Positions 20,699-30,208 of a DNA stretch of 31,974 nt are shown piece after piece (positions within the stretch are counted from its first letter, which is position 1; the number at the start of each line of letters is the position of its first letter). A model generated the notes under the pieces. It worked only from the letters and a program-made list of their open reading frames with translations, searched no databases and was not told where the DNA came from. The stretch spans positions 1 through 31,974 of the forward strand of contig JAZFRG010000042.1 in the NCBI GenBank assembly GCA_036445535.1, written 5' to 3'. The position numbers were made by a program, and so were the translations under genes. The DNA comes from Sphingomonadales bacterium (lineage in GTDB: Bacteria > Pseudomonadota > Alphaproteobacteria > Sphingomonadales > SMXR01).

Positions 20699-20735
20699 GG
20701 TTTCAACCCTTAAGGAAAAAAAGAGGTAACTCCGC

Positions 20736-22133
20736 TTGAAAACATTAAACGCTATAAAAATGGGTGGCCGAGAGGTCCTTCCCCTCGTTGAAGGGGGAAA
20801 GGGTATTTCGATTACCAGCGGGGCCTCTGCCGGGCCTTGGGCCTATGCCGGTGGCGTAGGTACTGTTTCTGCTGTTAATGCTGACAGTTATGACAAACAG
20901 GGCAACCTGATCGAGCAAATCTTCAAAGGCCGAACCCGCAAGGAACGCCACGAAGAACTGGTCGATTTTGGCATTATGGGGGGGGTTTACCAGGTTAAGG
21001 AAGCCCACGAACTTCGCCAAAACCAGGGCGCTCTTAATATCAATATCCTTTGGGAAATGGGCGGTGCCGAGCGCATATTAAAGGGCGTTTTGGACAAAAC
21101 CAAGGGCCTTGTTAATGGCGTTACCTGCGGCGCCGGTATGCCCTACAAGCTGGCGGAAATCGCCGCCTCTTATGGGGTTTATTATTATCCGATCATTTCA
21201 TCGGCGCGCGCTTTCCGGGCGCTGTGGAAGCGGGCTTATATTAGATTTGCTTCCTTTCTTGGTGCCGTGGTTTACGAGGACCCCTGGTTGGCCGGTGGCC
21301 ATAACGGGTTATCGAACAGCGAAGACCCACTGGTGCCCCAAGACCCCTACCCGCGTGTGGTTGAACTGAGGCGGATGATGCGCGAAATGAATTGTCCTGA
21401 GGTTCCCATTATTATGGCCGGGGGCGTTTGGTATTTAAGGGATTGGTCTGATTGGGTCGACAATGACGAGTTGGGGCCAATTGCTTTCCAGTTTGGCACC
21501 CGTGCCTTGTTGACCAAGGAAAGCCCTATTTCCGAAGAATGGAAACGCGCATTGCTGACCCTGAAGGAAGGCGATGTTGTTTTACATCGTTACAGCCCAA
21601 CCGGTTTTTATTCTTCCGCCGTAAACAACAAATTTTTGCAGGACCTGCATGCCCGGTCAGATCGGCAAATCGCCTTTACCCCGGATCGCGTTGGCGATCA
21701 CAACAGTCCGCTGGACATCAATGGCAAGGGCAACGTTTTATATGTCACCCAGGGTGATTTTTCCCGGGCCAGAAAATGGCTGCACCAGGGCTTCACCACG
21801 GTAATGCGGACCCCGGACCAGACACTGATTTTTGTCACCCCGGAAAACCGCGATCAGATCAGAAAAGACCAGATCGAATGCATGGGCTGCTTGTCCCAGT
21901 GCCGGTTTTCAAATTGGGCGGATAACGAAAAAAATTCGACCGGGCGCAAGGCCGACCCCAGAAGTTTCTGTATTCAGAAAACGCTGATGAAAATTTCCCA
22001 TAATGGCAGTTTGGAAAACAACCTGATGTTCTCAGGCCATAACTGTTACAATTTTGCCAAAGACCCGTTTTATTCCAACGGTTTTATCCCCAGGGTCGGC
22101 CAATTGGTTGAACGCCTGCAAACTGGCGATTAG
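20736..22133 (+). CDS. Nitronate monooxygenase-family flavin oxidoreductase, FabX/UfaA-like with four-Cys cluster
   Basis: EGGKG, GAGMP, PIISSARA, AGGHNG (H189), PIIMAGG, FGTR and SPTG motifs; Cys382/385/389/412; TTG start with SD GAGGT. Confidence 0.85.
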   Translation: MKTLNAIKMGGREVLPLVEGGKGISITSGASAGPWAYAGGVGTVSAVNADSYDKQGNLIEQIFKGRTRKERHEELVDFGIMGGVYQVKEAHELRQNQGALNINILWEMGGAERILKGVLDKTKGLVNGVTCGAGMPYKLAEIAASYGVYYYPIISSARAFRALWKRAYIRFASFLGAVVYEDPWLAGGHNGLSNSEDPLVPQDPYPRVVELRRMMREMNCPEVPIIMAGGVWYLRDWSDWVDNDELGPIAFQFGTRALLTKESPISEEWKRALLTLKEGDVVLHRYSPTGFYSSAVNNKFLQDLHARSDRQIAFTPDRVGDHNSPLDINGKGNVLYVTQGDFSRARKWLHQGFTTVMRTPDQTLIFVTPENRDQIRKDQIECMGCLSQCRFSNWADNEKNSTGRKADPRSFCIQKTLMKISHNGSLENNLMFSGHNCYNFAKDPFYSNGFIPRVGQLVERLQTGD

Positions 22134-22147
22134 GGTCTGGGCCCTAG
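22131..22147. repeat. 17-nt palindrome, copy 2, spanning two convergent stop codons
   Basis: TAGGGTCTGGGCCCTAG: the left TAG ends the oxidoreductase and the right CTA (22144-22146) is the stop of the SH3 gene. Confidence 0.6.
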
Positions 22148-22656
22148 TCGAAAACTTCACCAAAATAAGTGCCCCAAAGCCCCTCGGTGTTAATCCAGCC
22201 TTCTTCCGGGCCGACATCAATTTGGCACCAGGTTTCATTGCACTCAATAATTTCGCCGATCACCCCGGCCTCAACCCGGGCCACAGGCTGGGAAGTAACA
22301 TCCGGTTTTTCAAAAAGAATGCGCATGCCCCCAGTGATCAGCCCGGTTCGTTTTCCCGATAAAAGGACCACATGAATCCAGCCCTCCTCGCCCTCAAGGT
22401 CTCTGACTTTTCGCCATTGTTCGTATTCTTCAATAATCTCTAAAGGATATAATTTTTTTTCATAAACCCACATGATCGGGTATTGCTCCCCGGGCCCGGT
22501 TCTTAAGTTGGCCCGGTCGGCAGAAATTGAAACAAAGCGCGGCAACGGCAGGCCACTTTCGCCAAAGCTCACCTCACCCCGCTCAAGCGGGGCAGAAACC
22601 GCAGGTCCGGCGCTGGCAAGAGCAAACATTCCAAGGATTATGAGAAAACGTTTCAT
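22144..22656 (-). CDS. Secreted tandem SH3 (SH3_4-like) domain protein
   Basis: Signal peptide; PLPRFVS, NLRTGPG.QYP, WRKVRD..G..GW and a second repeat WC......GW. Confidence 0.88.
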   Translation of the reverse strand: MKRFLIILGMFALASAGPAVSAPLERGEVSFGESGLPLPRFVSISADRANLRTGPGEQYPIMWVYEKKLYPLEIIEEYEQWRKVRDLEGEEGWIHVVLLSGKRTGLITGGMRILFEKPDVTSQPVARVEAGVIGEIIECNETWCQIDVGPEEGWINTEGLWGTYFGEVFD

Positions 22657-22687
22657 ACTTTATTCCTGACAAAAGTTGGGGTTAGGG

Positions 22688-23458
22688 TCAAGCCCCCGAA
22701 CAACATGGACACGCTGGGTCTTTGGGCAGTTTGATGGTCTTAAAGGTGGCATCCAGGCCATTATAAAGCATTAATTTTCCAGCAAGGCTATCGCCAATAC
22801 CTAAAATTTCCTTGATTACCTCTGTGGCCTGAAGCGTTCCCATGACGCCGGCAATGGTTCCTAAAATGCCGACCTCGGCACAGGTTTGCCCTTCTATTTG
22901 GGGGGCTTGTGGCACCAGGCACTGGTAACAGGGCAGGGGGTTGCCATCGGGTCCAATATCATCGGGCCTGAAGGTGGCCAGCTGACCATCAAATTTCATC
23001 AGGGCCGCCGAAACCAGCGGAACCTTTTCCTTAAAACAGGCGGCATTTACCGCCAACCTGGTTTCAAAATTATCGCAGCCATCGGCGACGATGTCGTAGT
23101 CTTTAATAAGGGCCGGGGCGTTTTCTTCGGTAAGTCTGATTTGGTGAAGAATAATTTTGGTATCGGGGTTAATTTTCAGGAGGGCTTCTTTGGCGCTTAG
23201 CGTTTTGGCTTGGCCAATGTTTTCAGAGGAATGGATGATCTGTCGCTGCAAGTTAGAAAGGCTGACCCCATCATCATCAACAATGCCAATGGTGCCCACC
23301 CCGGCAGCGGCCAGATACATTAAAACCGGAGAGCCAAGACCCCCGGCACCAATCACCAGAACCCTGGATTTAAGAAGTTTCTTTTGCCCGGGGCCGCCAA
23401 TTTCTTTTAAAATTATATGGCGGGCATAACGGTCTAGTTGGTTATCATCCAGGGTCAT
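22688..23458 (-). CDS. moeB: MoeB/ThiF family adenylyltransferase
   Basis: [33 protein letters not shown] and CYQC/CPCC zinc motifs; ATGA overlap with dut. Confidence 0.9.
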   Translation of the reverse strand: MTLDDNQLDRYARHIILKEIGGPGQKKLLKSRVLVIGAGGLGSPVLMYLAAAGVGTIGIVDDDGVSLSNLQRQIIHSSENIGQAKTLSAKEALLKINPDTKIILHQIRLTEENAPALIKDYDIVADGCDNFETRLAVNAACFKEKVPLVSAALMKFDGQLATFRPDDIGPDGNPLPCYQCLVPQAPQIEGQTCAEVGILGTIAGVMGTLQATEVIKEILGIGDSLAGKLMLYNGLDATFKTIKLPKDPACPCCSGA

Positions 23459-23919
23459 TTCTTGCCGGTCGAGCCGAACCCCCCGGCCCCGCGTTCGGTT
23501 TCACCCAAAGCGCTCACCACTTTGAAATTTCCAACCGTGATGGGCGCAATGATCATTTGCGCAATGCGTTCCCCGCGCGCAACAACAAATGCCTCTTTGC
23601 CAAAATTGACCAAAATAACTTTCACCTCACCGCGGTAGTCGGCATCGATGGTGCCGGGCGTATTTAAAACGCTGACCCCATGTTTGGCTGCAAGGCCAGA
23701 CCGGGGCCTAACCTGGGCCTCAAAGCCAATCGGCAATGCCATGGCAAAACCGGTGGGTACCATTGCCTTTTCTCCGGGGGCCAGGGTTAAGGGCTGATCA
23801 TCCGGAACCGCTGCGCGGAGGTCCATTCCGGCACTGGCCGGGGTTTCATAAACCGGGTGGGGAAGACCCACACCGTGTTCCAGGTATAAAAATTCAATGT
23901 CGACTTGTCCCCCACTCAT
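23455..23919 (-). CDS. dut: dUTP diphosphatase
   Basis: [26 protein letters not shown] and [10 protein letters not shown] (the dUTPase motifs). Confidence 0.97.
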   Translation of the reverse strand: MSGGQVDIEFLYLEHGVGLPHPVYETPASAGMDLRAAVPDDQPLTLAPGEKAMVPTGFAMALPIGFEAQVRPRSGLAAKHGVSVLNTPGTIDADYRGEVKVILVNFGKEAFVVARGERIAQMIIAPITVGNFKVVSALGETERGAGGFGSTGKK

Positions 23920-25133
23920 GCGCTTTTCAACTCCATAAATTCACTTATTTTTTCTGCAAGTTTATTGGCCACATCAACTTTGGTCGTGGTTGGCCAGCTT
24001 TCGACCTTATCGCCGGTTATGACCTGGACGGTGTTTTCATCGCCGCCCATCACGCCGCCCTCTTTCGATACATCATTGGCAACCATCCAGTCGCACCGTT
24101 TTCGGGCCAATTTGCGTTTTGAATTTTCAATAACATTTTCGGTTTCCGCCGAAAATCCGACCACCAGATGGGGCCGTTGATTACTGGGCGCGGAAAGGGC
24201 GGCCAAAATATCCGGGTTTTCCTTAAAGCGGAGCATCTGGTCGGCCCCGCCGCGTTTTTTAATTTTTTCACCGGCGATCTTATCGACGCTCCAGTCGCTG
24301 ACCGCGGCAGCACAAACCGCCACATCAACCGGCAAGTTTTCTTCGGTTGCTTGCCACATTTCCTTAGCGGTCTCAACGTTTAGGCGCTCAACGTTTGTCG
24401 GGGTTTCAAGATTGGTCGGGCCACTGATGAGAATGGTTTTTGCGCCAAGGCGGGCCAGGGCCCCAGCAATAGCATATCCCTGTTTGCCGGACGAACGATT
24501 GGCGATATACCTGACCGGATCAATCGGCTCATACGTTGGGCCCGCGGTTACCAGGGCCTTAAAACCGGAAAGCTTGCCTTGATGGCCTTTAAAAAAATTT
24601 GCCACCTGGTCCCTGATAAATTCTATATCTGCCAGGCGACCCATGCCCACTTCACCGCAAGCCAGCTCACCTGTCGCAGGTTCAATAACATGAAAACCGT
24701 CGGCTTTTAGCTGGGCAATATTTCTCATGGTTTGGGGTTTTTGCCACATTTCCACATTCATGGCAGGCACCACCATCACCGGTTTGTCGGTGGCAAGCAG
24801 GGTGGTGGAGGCCAGATCGTCGGCGATTCCATTTGCAATCTTGGCCATCAAATTGGCGGTTGCCGGGACAACCAGCAACAAATCTGCTTCGCGGGACAAT
24901 CTAATGTGCCCCATCTCGGTTTCGTCTTTAAGGGAAAACAGATCGGTGTACACCTTCTCCCCGGTCAGGCTGGCAACCGATAAAGGGGTAATAAATTCGG
25001 AGCCACCCCTGGTCAGGATGGCGCGCACCTCGGCACCCTCTTTTTTCAAGGCCCTGATCAGCTCAAGCGCCTTGTAGGCGGCAATGCCGCCGCCGATGAT
25101 CATCAGGATCTTCTTATGCTTTAAGTTGTTCAT
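23916..25133 (-). CDS. coaBC: Bifunctional phosphopantothenoylcysteine decarboxylase/synthetase
   Basis: GGIAAYK, HI.LS, PAMN..M, LACGE.G.GR, TAGPT.E.IDPVRYI.N.SSGKQG and VGF.AET. ATG 25133 preferred; TTG 25151 possible. Confidence 0.96.
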   Translation of the reverse strand: MNNLKHKKILMIIGGGIAAYKALELIRALKKEGAEVRAILTRGGSEFITPLSVASLTGEKVYTDLFSLKDETEMGHIRLSREADLLLVVPATANLMAKIANGIADDLASTTLLATDKPVMVVPAMNVEMWQKPQTMRNIAQLKADGFHVIEPATGELACGEVGMGRLADIEFIRDQVANFFKGHQGKLSGFKALVTAGPTYEPIDPVRYIANRSSGKQGYAIAGALARLGAKTILISGPTNLETPTNVERLNVETAKEMWQATEENLPVDVAVCAAAVSDWSVDKIAGEKIKKRGGADQMLRFKENPDILAALSAPSNQRPHLVVGFSAETENVIENSKRKLARKRCDWMVANDVSKEGGVMGGDENTVQVITGDKVESWPTTTKVDVANKLAEKISEFMELKSA

Positions 25134-25195
25134 TTCGCTCAATAAATCCAAACCACGCTTTTACAGATAAGTGCAGGAAAAGGCAATTTAAAGCC

Positions 25196-26662
25196 TTAAC
25201 TCTCCTTAGGGGCGGGATCTGGGGGCTGATAGTCGCCCAAGACCTTTAATATTTCCCTAAGTTGGGCAATAAACGCCGGCAACAGCCCGAACAGGTCTTT
25301 CAGGAAAGAAAGCAGCTCTGAAATCCTGGCCTCAGCGCCGGTTAGTTTTCTGGCCCAGCGTTCCAGTACCGGGCGCGAGACTTCCCACATATTTACATCT
25401 TTATCGATGACCATCGCCAGGCCCTCAACCATCACCATGGAACGTTGTAAAACGATTAGCTGCGGTTGGGTTTCCATGGCAAAACGCTCGGTGGTTTTGA
25501 AAAGCTGGCTCAACATATCCCCAAGCGAAACCTGATTTAAGGGTTTATCCATAATCGGTTCAACAAGCGCCCTTAAGGCCTGGGCAAAAAGTGCCCGATC
25601 CTGGTCAGCGGGAATATAGCCCGCTTCAAAATGGACTTCGGCGACACGTTCATAATTGCGCTCATGAAAGCCATAAAGAATTTCCGCCAAAAAACGGCGG
25701 CTGGGTTTATCGAGCCGACCCATAATGCCAAAGTCGACCGGAACCAACGTGCCATCGTCCTCAACGAAAAAATTGCCTTGATGTAAATCGGCATGAAAAA
25801 ACCCGTCGCGCATGGCCTGGGTTAAAAACACCCGGACCAAAGTTTTGCTGATGTCTTTGGTTGACCACTTTTTGCTTTTCAGCTTTTTGATATCATTAAT
25901 GGCCGTGCCTTTAACCCGCTCCATGGTCAGGACGCCTTTTGAAGTTCGGCTCCAGTCAATATCCGGGACCCGGTAGCCCGGCTCACCGGCCATATTTTCT
26001 TTCAATTCAGAAGCGGCGGCGGCTTCCATCCTGAGATCCAGTTCGGTCTCAATGGTCCGAGCCATGGTTTTAACAACCTCAGTGGGCTTTAGCCGGCGCG
26101 AGCGTTTCATGTATTTTTCAAAAACCCCGGCGAGCCATAAAAAGCTGTTTATGTCTTCAAAAATCCGCTCTTTAATCCCCGGCCGCAGCACCTTGACAGC
26201 CACTTCCTTGCCCTCTGGGGTGGTCGCGAAATGCACTTGGGCTATGGAAGCAGCAGCCACCGCTTTTGGCTCAAAGTGCGCAAAAATCTCACCAATCCCG
26301 GCCCCCAGCCCTGCTTCAATGGCTTCGATAATTTCCTCTGTGGGCTCGCTTGGCAGGCGGTCTTGCAGGACCGAAAGTTCGGCCGCAATATCTTCACCAA
26401 CCACATCCGCTCGGGTCGCAAAGGTTTGGCCAAGCTTGATGAAGGCGGGGCCCAGCATTTGCAGGGCCTTGGCCAGGCGTTCACCCTCATTCAATTTTTT
26501 GGCCTCATTTTTAACCGGGGTTAGAAGCGTTAGAACATCGATCAGGAAATGCAAAAGAGAATAGCTGGTGCGTTTTTTTTTGAAGAAATAAAGCGCATCA
26601 TAGCGGCCTAAAACCCAACCGACCCGGAAAAACCGAAAGCTATGTTTAAGTCCGCGAAACAT
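25196..26662 (-). CDS. ubiB: Ubiquinone biosynthesis ABC1 kinase-like protein UbiB
   Basis: LGPAFIKLGQ, AAASIAQVH, VAVKVLRPG, FFHADLHQGN and VDFGIMG motifs. Confidence 0.96.
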   Translation of the reverse strand: MFRGLKHSFRFFRVGWVLGRYDALYFFKKKRTSYSLLHFLIDVLTLLTPVKNEAKKLNEGERLAKALQMLGPAFIKLGQTFATRADVVGEDIAAELSVLQDRLPSEPTEEIIEAIEAGLGAGIGEIFAHFEPKAVAAASIAQVHFATTPEGKEVAVKVLRPGIKERIFEDINSFLWLAGVFEKYMKRSRRLKPTEVVKTMARTIETELDLRMEAAAASELKENMAGEPGYRVPDIDWSRTSKGVLTMERVKGTAINDIKKLKSKKWSTKDISKTLVRVFLTQAMRDGFFHADLHQGNFFVEDDGTLVPVDFGIMGRLDKPSRRFLAEILYGFHERNYERVAEVHFEAGYIPADQDRALFAQALRALVEPIMDKPLNQVSLGDMLSQLFKTTERFAMETQPQLIVLQRSMVMVEGLAMVIDKDVNMWEVSRPVLERWARKLTGAEARISELLSFLKDLFGLLPAFIAQLREILKVLGDYQPPDPAPKES

Positions 26663-26665
26663 TTT

Positions 26666-27460
26666 CTAAATTTTCCATCCCGAATAAAGCGTAACGATGC
26701 CGCCCGCCAAAGGGTCTGTCTTAATGCGGGTAAACCCGGCCTCTTTCATAAAGCCGGCGAAAACCTCAGGGGGGGGAAATTTCCGAATGCTTTCGGCCAG
26801 ATATTGGTAAGAGGCTTCGTCGCCGGTAATGGCTTTGCCCATTTTTGGGATCATGTGAAAAGAATACCAGTCATAAACTTGGCGCATTAAGGGCGAAGGC
26901 ACGCTGGAGAATTCCAGCACCAGATAACGGCCGCCCGGCTTTAATATTCGGTAAGCTTCGGAAATGGCCTTATCCAAATGGGTAACATTTCGAATGCCAA
27001 AGGCAATGGTAGTCGCCTCAAAACTTTCATCCGGAAAAGGCAGCGCTTCGGCATTGCCGGTCACCCATTCAAGGTTTTCCCAAAAACCCTTGTCGATGGC
27101 GCGCCCCCGGCCAACTTCCAGCATCTGCGGGTTGATATCGCAAACCGTCGCGGGCTTGCCCTTAAGCGCCCCTTTATTTTTTAGGGCTTTTAAAAAACGA
27201 AGCGCAACATCGCCGGTGCCGCCAGCGACATCCAACAGTTTCATGCCCCCCCAGGGCCGAAGCCGGTTTATTAAATGATCTTTCCAAAGCCGGTGGAAGC
27301 CACCGGACATGGCATCGTTCATCAGGTCGTATTTTCCGGCGACGGAATCAAAGACCTGATTTACAAAGCCCTGGCGCGCGTCCTCGCCCACTTCGGTAAA
27401 ACCAAAATGGTCCTGGGTTTTGGGCGTCGAGGCAGGTTTAATTTTTTTCTTGCCAGCCAT
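26666..27460 (-). CDS. ubiE: Ubiquinone/menaquinone C-methyltransferase UbiE
   Basis: VF.SVA.KYDLMND.MS.G.HR.WK, LDVAGGTGD, FGIRNV, L.PGGR and Y.YLAESIR.FP motifs. Confidence 0.97.
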   Translation of the reverse strand: MAGKKKIKPASTPKTQDHFGFTEVGEDARQGFVNQVFDSVAGKYDLMNDAMSGGFHRLWKDHLINRLRPWGGMKLLDVAGGTGDVALRFLKALKNKGALKGKPATVCDINPQMLEVGRGRAIDKGFWENLEWVTGNAEALPFPDESFEATTIAFGIRNVTHLDKAISEAYRILKPGGRYLVLEFSSVPSPLMRQVYDWYSFHMIPKMGKAITGDEASYQYLAESIRKFPPPEVFAGFMKEAGFTRIKTDPLAGGIVTLYSGWKI

Positions 27461-27535
27461 AGCTATTACCTTGCTAGATAGGGGGGGACTTTAGCCCAGC
27501 GCCGTTGCTAAGGCCAGAAATTTAACGGGAATGAT

Positions 27536-28363
27536 ATGCCGGAATTGCCAGAAGTTGAAACCGTCCGCCGCGGCCTGGAGCCGGTGCTTTTGGATCGTCG
27601 AATAATTACCGCAGAAAAGTTTTCCGCGAAATTAAGACTACCAATCCCAATGGATTTTACAACCCGGCTGGAGGGCCAAAAAGTTACCGCCCTGACCCGG
27701 CGTGCTAAATATATTCTCATTCACCTGGACAGCGCTTTAACAGTTTTGCTGCATTTGGGGATGAGCGGCCAGGTGCTGATTTTTAAAGCCCCCAGAAAGC
27801 CCGAAAAGCACGACCATTTCCGACTTCTAATCGAAGGCGGTAAAACCATCATTTATCGCGATCCCAGACGTTTTGGGTTGGTTACCTTTTGCCCAAGCGA
27901 TCAGATCGAAGATCATAAACTTTTAAAAGGATTGGGACCCGAGCCGCTATCCAATCATTTTAATGGTGCTGCCCTTAAAGGGGCGCTTAAGGGCAAAACG
28001 GTCAGCATTAAAGCTGCGCTTTTAGACCAGCGGGTGGTCGCAGGGGTGGGTAATATCTATGCCTCTGAGGCGCTTTATCGCGCGGCCATAAACCCCAAAC
28101 GAAAGGCCGGGTCTTTATCCCTTCCCCGCTGTGAAAGTTTGGCCAGTGAGGTCAGAAATGTATTAAATGATGCGCTTCAGGCTGGCGGTTCATCTTTAAA
28201 GGATTTTGTTGGGGTCGATGGTGAGCTGGGGTATTTCCAACATCGTTTCGAGGTTTATGATCGGAAAGGCACGGCCTGTACCCGGGCTGACTGCAAAGGC
28301 AGGGTCCGGCGCTTTACCCAAAATGCCCGCTCGACTTACTACTGCCCCACCTGCCAACACTAA
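27536..28363 (+). CDS. mutM: Formamidopyrimidine-DNA glycosylase
   Basis: N-terminal PELPEVET, RR.KY, HLGMSG, DPRRFG, GVGNIYASE and a C-terminal Cys4 zinc finger. Confidence 0.97.
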   Translation: MPELPEVETVRRGLEPVLLDRRIITAEKFSAKLRLPIPMDFTTRLEGQKVTALTRRAKYILIHLDSALTVLLHLGMSGQVLIFKAPRKPEKHDHFRLLIEGGKTIIYRDPRRFGLVTFCPSDQIEDHKLLKGLGPEPLSNHFNGAALKGALKGKTVSIKAALLDQRVVAGVGNIYASEALYRAAINPKRKAGSLSLPRCESLASEVRNVLNDALQAGGSSLKDFVGVDGELGYFQHRFEVYDRKGTACTRADCKGRVRRFTQNARSTYYCPTCQH

Positions 28364-28410
28364 TAAGAAATTGCCTTTATTGAGCCCATTCGGGCTGTTA
28401 GGATAATTTC

Positions 28411-28782
28411 ATGAAAACAACTCTGCTTTTTGTCCTTTTAATTTTTGCCGTCCCTGTGCTGGCTCAAGAATCGGGCTTGGCTGAACTTATCGGTATTCCG
28501 GTTCCAGAGGGATTGATCGAAGCCCCGGACGAGCGTTTGGTTTTTGACAAGCCTGAGGGGCGCATCATCCATGCCGAGTTTGGCGGTTCCATTACCGGGC
28601 AGGAAGTTATGACCTTTTACCGTGAAACTTTAGTCCAATTGGGTTGGGTGCTGGACAGCGAGGGGGTAGAAAATTACCGCGCCTCTTTTATCCGCGAAGA
28701 TGAAGGCTTAACCATTTCCATTGCCAGGGAAGAGCCCTTGAGGGTTTTACTGGACTTGGGCCCTAGGGAAGAAACTTCCTGA
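28411..28782 (+). CDS. Secreted hypothetical protein
   Basis: SD AGGA; signal peptide MKTTLLFVLLIFAVPVLA/QE; it fills the mutM-ECH gap. No family recognised. Confidence 0.8.
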   Translation: MKTTLLFVLLIFAVPVLAQESGLAELIGIPVPEGLIEAPDERLVFDKPEGRIIHAEFGGSITGQEVMTFYRETLVQLGWVLDSEGVENYRASFIREDEGLTISIAREEPLRVLLDLGPREETS

Positions 28783-28861
28783 TAAATATCCCCTTCCCTA
28801 AGACCTGGTTTAGAGGTACCAAGGGCAACGCAAAACTAAAGTAATTTGATGAGGAAAACCA

Positions 28862-29638
28862 ATGGCCTACGAAGCAATCATTGTCACCAAAGAAGACGGC
28901 GTTGGGGTTATAACTTTAAACCGCCCGGAAGCGCTAAATGCCCTGAACAAACAATTAATGGATGAAATGACTATTGCGGTCCGCGATCTTGAAGCGGATG
29001 ATGAAATTGGCTGCCTGCTTTTGACCGGTAGCGAAAAGGCCTTTGCCGCGGGGGCTGACATCAAGGAAATGTCCGGAAAAGGCTACATGGATGTTTTCAA
29101 GGAAGATTTTATCACTGCAAATTGGGAAGAAGTGACCCGGGCCAGGAAACCGGTTATCGCGGCGGTTGCCGGCTATGCCCTTGGCGGCGGCTGTGAGTTG
29201 GCGATGATGTGTGATTTTATTATTTGTGCCGATAATGCCAAGTTTGGCCAGCCGGAAATTAAACTGGGGGTTATCCCCGGTGCGGGTGGAACCCAGCGTT
29301 TGCCCCGCTTTGTTGGTAAATCGAAAGCCATGGACATGATTCTAACCGGCCGCATGATGGGCGCTGAAGAGGCCGAAAGTTCGGGTCTCGTGAGCAGGGT
29401 GTTTCCGGTAGCGGACTTGAAGGAGGAGGCGCTAAAGATTGCCAAGGAGATTGCTGCGTTGTCATTACCATCGGCAATGGTTGCCAAAGAAGCGGTGAAC
29501 AGGGCCTATGAGATTAGTTTAGCTGAGGGCATTAAATTTGAGCGCCGGACTTTCCATGCGCTGTTTTCCACCGAGGACCAAAAAGAGGGAATGGCGGCCT
29601 TTGTTGACAAGCGCCCACCCAAGTTCAAAAACAAATAA
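28862..29638 (+). CDS. Enoyl-CoA hydratase (crotonase family)
   Basis: [31 protein letters not shown] and FGQPEI.LG.IPG.GGTQRL with both catalytic Glu residues. Confidence 0.95.
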   Translation: MAYEAIIVTKEDGVGVITLNRPEALNALNKQLMDEMTIAVRDLEADDEIGCLLLTGSEKAFAAGADIKEMSGKGYMDVFKEDFITANWEEVTRARKPVIAAVAGYALGGGCELAMMCDFIICADNAKFGQPEIKLGVIPGAGGTQRLPRFVGKSKAMDMILTGRMMGAEEAESSGLVSRVFPVADLKEEALKIAKEIAALSLPSAMVAKEAVNRAYEISLAEGIKFERRTFHALFSTEDQKEGMAAFVDKRPPKFKNK

Positions 29639-29656
29639 TAGCGTTAAAGTAAGGTG

Positions 29657-29685
29657 TTGACCTCCTCAATTAAGGTCGCTATACA
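29657..29685 (+). promoter_or_regulatory. Sigma70 promoter for rpsT
   Basis: TTGACC-N17-TATACA followed by a GC-rich discriminator (GCGGC), typical of ribosomal protein promoters. Confidence 0.7.
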
Positions 29686-29736
29686 GCGGCATCCCAACAA
29701 AGGGGCAACTTAAAACTTCGCTTTAGGAACTACAAT

Positions 29737-30003
29737 ATGGCTAATACGCTACAGGCCAAAAAAAGAATTCGCCAGACTGCCATAAAGACAGATGTCAATC
29801 GGCGTCGGGTTAGCCGCATTCGGACCTCTGTAAAGAAGGTTGATGCTGCGGTTGAAGCTGGTGACAAAAAAGCCGCCATTGCTGCTTTTGCAGAGGCTAA
29901 ACCAGAAATCGCCCGGGGCGTTTCGAAGGGTGTATTTCAAAAAAACACCGCCTCCAGAAAAATTTCCAGAATGCAAAAGCGAATCAATACCCTCGCCTCC
30001 TGA
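29737..30003 (+). CDS. rpsT: 30S ribosomal protein S20
   Basis: MAN...AKKR.RQ, N....S..RT..K and KNTASRK.SR motifs; upstream of dnaA. Confidence 0.97.
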   Translation: MANTLQAKKRIRQTAIKTDVNRRRVSRIRTSVKKVDAAVEAGDKKAAIAAFAEAKPEIARGVSKGVFQKNTASRKISRMQKRINTLAS

Positions 30004-30077
30004 TTTTTCTTTCCTTTTATTTTGATTCGCACGCCCCGGCTTATATAGCCAGAGGTAACACTCCTCTTTAGGTAGTA

Positions 30078-30153
30078 TGTGTACAAGAACCTTGTCGGGT
30101 TTTGGGGATAATATTTTTTTATCTAAATTGCTTGACCTAGATTTTGTGGTTAA
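30078..30153 (-). promoter_or_regulatory. Three co-oriented DnaA-box-like 9-mers
   Basis: TGTGTACAA (30078-86), TGGGGATAA (30103-11) and TGTGGTTAA (30145-53) are each close to TGTGGATAA. An AT-rich tract lies at 30110-30129. Confidence 0.5.
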
Positions 30154-30156
30154 TTT
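30128..30156 (+). promoter_or_regulatory. Candidate sigma70 promoter upstream of dnaA (distal)
   Basis: TTGCTT-N17-TAATTT; the -10 overlaps the TGTGGTTAA box. Confidence 0.45.
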
Positions 30157-30208
30157 TTTGCTGACCCCCAAAACCCTAAAAAAGATTATCTTTGATGTTT
30201 TGCCCCTA

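Noticed and set aside
26769-27487. Homopolymer G tracts (G8 in ubiE at 26769-26776; G7 in the ubiE-mutM spacer at 27481-27487) as phase-variation sites
   Set aside because: The tracts are short, homopolymer runs are frequent throughout the window, and these are housekeeping genes with intact frames.
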